Positions 59,633-62,000 of a DNA stretch of 62,000 bases are shown piece after piece; the stretch's first letter is position 1; each line of letters begins with the position of its first letter. The stretch covers positions 144,001 to 206,000 of the forward strand of contig NW_008806282.1 in the NCBI RefSeq assembly GCF_000400465.1. The letters run 5' to 3'. Made by a program: the position numbers and the translations under genes. The stretch comes from Wallemia ichthyophaga EXF-994. Taxonomy: Eukaryota > Fungi > Basidiomycota. Below the pieces are notes generated by a model, which had not been told where the DNA came from, ran no database searches, and saw only the letters and a program-made list of their open reading frames with translations.

Positions 59633-61530
59633 TTATGCGGTATTCTTGATAATTGCGTCTAATTCCTGCACTACTTCTGTAGCACTTGGGCGGTGTTTAC
59701 CATCTTGCACCCACATACGTTCGATGAGGTCAAGAACATCACCACCCCACTGCCTCTTGAACTGATTCAGAGACGGTCTGAGTGTGTTGCATTAGATATA
59801 TCACAAAACAAAAGCTCAACGCACCTTTTATGCTTTTGTCCTACCTGATCATAGATGAAATGCTCATTTTGACCTTCCCAGGGATAGCATTTTTTAGTAC
59901 TATGCCACTGCAATATCTCCCAATACACGAGAGCAGTAGCAAAAATATCAACTGAGGCAGTATACGAAGGCTTAGCCGACCACAACTCAGGAGCCTGCCA
60001 GTTGACAGTGCCGACTAGAGACTGGATCATAGATCTGGTACTCTGCTTCACTCTTGCCAGACCGAAATCATTTAACTTAGCTCTACCATTATCGTCTATC
60101 AACACATTACTCGACTTCATATCACGATGTATGACTTGCGGCTTGCATGTGATATGTAGATACTCCAGCCCTCTGGCAATGTCAAGCATAATAAGTAAGG
60201 CTTTCTTGTTCGTTGGGGGTGGATTGTTGCGGAGGTAGTCGAACAAATCGCCATTCTTGCATAATTCACTGATCAGCATCACTGGTGCACCATTTCCAGG
60301 CACTGAGACGCCTATAAACTTGACAATATTGGGATGATTTAATTTTGACAGTACTTGAAGTTCTCTGATATCCATCTCGGTTAATTCTCCACGTATATCT
60401 GCCACTGCGCACTTTTTCTTGCGGATTGATCCTACGTAAACATCTTTGAAACCACCAGAACCTATTCTTTCTTTCTTTTCCACTATCGTAGCCTTGATTT
60501 CCTTATTGACTAATCCAAGTTCCTGTAAATCCAACGCCAGTCCTTCGCTAGTATTGCTCGAACGATGACCTGGTTTGGGAGTAGCTTTAGAGACATCGGT
60601 GGTGTCACTCTGGCGAGCTGTAACAGTGCTTGAAAGGTCTGACAGCACAGCGCGTGTAGGTTTCGTACCTCGACCTTGGCGAGAGCGTTTTTTCTGTGGT
60701 TTGGGTGTGTGCAGGTCGCTATCGATGCTGGCGTTCTCCTCGAAATCCGACACAGCAGTGGTAGAGCTGATTTCTGAAGCGGATGATACGGGAACACTAT
60801 GCATATCCTCCTTATGCAACAGAAGTAATTCAATCAGATCATCTTTAGTGTGGTGTTTTGAATGCTCTATCCCTGAGACATTGCACATTTGTTCCAGTTG
60901 TCGCTTCAGATACCGTTTCAGAGATGATACGGTCTCATCGCGCATATCCACGTCTATATCCGTATCGCTAACGTCATCGGATTGGCGGACGCCGCGCATA
61001 TCTCTATTCTCAGCATCGCTAGAGTGATTGCTAGAGCTTGCGGTAGCGGCAGAATCTTTCTCGCTATCTGCTATGCTCATTAGGGACACGCTCTTTGCAA
61101 AGTCCTCGTCGGGTGTATGTGATGAGTCAATTGAGATTGTACGCGTGCGCAACTGATATCTATTCTGAGGCTGGGAGGAGTTGTTGAGAGACTCCACGCT
61201 TATTTTGTTCATGGCCTTGCGCTTGGCTGCGCGTGTGCGCTTTGCAGTTGCACCTGAGCTTTGGGAGTTAACGTTGCTAACGCTGAGGGGCTTGGTTGAG
61301 TATCCATCTTCGTATTCGTCTTCGGAAGAGAGACTGACGGGATGAACACAGCGCCTGTCTCTGAGCCCGTCTTTCTCGAGGAGTATCTCGATTAGCATTT
61401 CCTTGGTACACGCGCGCAGATCACCGCAGTCTGAGCCCTCAGTCGCACTCGCCGTGAGCATTTCCAGCAGATCAGCCTTCCTGCACCGCCTCAGCTGATC
61501 CTCATGTGATTTCGTTGACATCGTTGACAT
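59633..61530 (-). CDS. TKL-group protein kinase with atypical ATP-binding lysine and N-terminal helical repeats
   Basis: GSGGFKDVYVG, CAVADI, HPNIVKF, HRDMKSSN, DFG, GTVNWQAPE. One 3' intron (about 59781-59827); stop TAA at 59633. Confidence 0.9.
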
Positions 61531-61616
61531 CGTTGTCGCTGTGTAACCTCTTATAGACACCCCACCAAGTGCCCAAAAAGTTGTGGCGCGTTTCCAACCT
61601 CTCTAGAATACAGCCG

Positions 61617-62000
61617 ATGCAGACGCGTGATAATCTCATCAGCTTCTCTCCCGTCGACTTCACGCCGCCGCCGCTGCCTATCCGTAGCGGCGGAAGTGGG
61701 AATGTAGGGGGCGTAGGAAGCGCAGCGGATACAGCGGGTACAACAGACACCGCTAGCAACAGAAGAAACAGCATCACGCCTCCTCCACCTCCCCTCCCAC
61801 TCAGGAAAGGGAGCGGTAGCAGCACGTCGAGCATCCATGCCACCGCTAGTGCACTCAGCAGACCTCAGCCAGCTACACCTGCGCCAGCGAGTAAAGTAAA
61901 ATCAAGCATACCCATTATGCCCCCGCCTGCGCGTATCAATAGCCCCGGAAGCAGTCTGCGCGGAGGACCTAGTAATACGTCACTAAATAGAATAACCGAA
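61617..62000 (+). CDS. 3'-truncated Pro/Ser-rich protein
   Basis: ATG at 61617 (MQTRDNLISFSPVDFTPPPLP...), frame open to the window end; missing from the ORF track because it has no stop codon. Confidence 0.55.
   Translation, partial: MQTRDNLISFSPVDFTPPPLPIRSGGSGNVGGVGSAADTAGTTDTASNRRNSITPPPPPLPLRKGSGSSTSSIHATASALSRPQPATPAPASKVKSSIPIMPPPARINSPGSSLRGGPSNTSLNRITE

Overview
Very gene-dense eukaryotic DNA from a compact basidiomycete genome. Short GT-AG introns (about 43-60 nt) and tiny intergenic gaps suggest a Wallemia-like fungus, but that taxon is an inference. I find about 34 protein genes, mostly housekeeping: Mmc1-like (partial), RRP15, DAK1, a divergent H3/H4 pair, Rra1/PalH-like pH sensor, glucosidase II alpha, Sld7-like, PDC, Bem2-like GEF/GAP, ARG2, RAD5, KRI1, two alpha/beta hydrolases, DCAF11-like WD40, MBOAT_2, PFK-2/FBPase-2 family, SCO1, YTA7, Mba1/Tim44-like, polyol dehydrogenase, STR2, RPL24, SYN8, an NDT80-family TF, DPB2, an F-box-like gene, a small SET protein, an SLC35C2-like transporter, a TKL kinase and several orphans. 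I saw no transposon, CRISPR array, rRNA or tRNA. Best leads: (1) a TKL-type kinase with no beta3 lysine but a lysine at the WNK position of the Gly-rich loop; (2) extreme gene packing (start codons 21-25 nt apart, a 28-nt tandem gap, an 11-nt CDS overlap), which forces overlapping or polycistronic transcription; (3) a 289-nt structured 5'UTR intron in RPL24 that may host an H/ACA-like RNA; (4) variant histone tails and a probably phosphatase-dead PFK-2. Exon boundaries were read by eye, and family names come from remembered motifs, not database searches.
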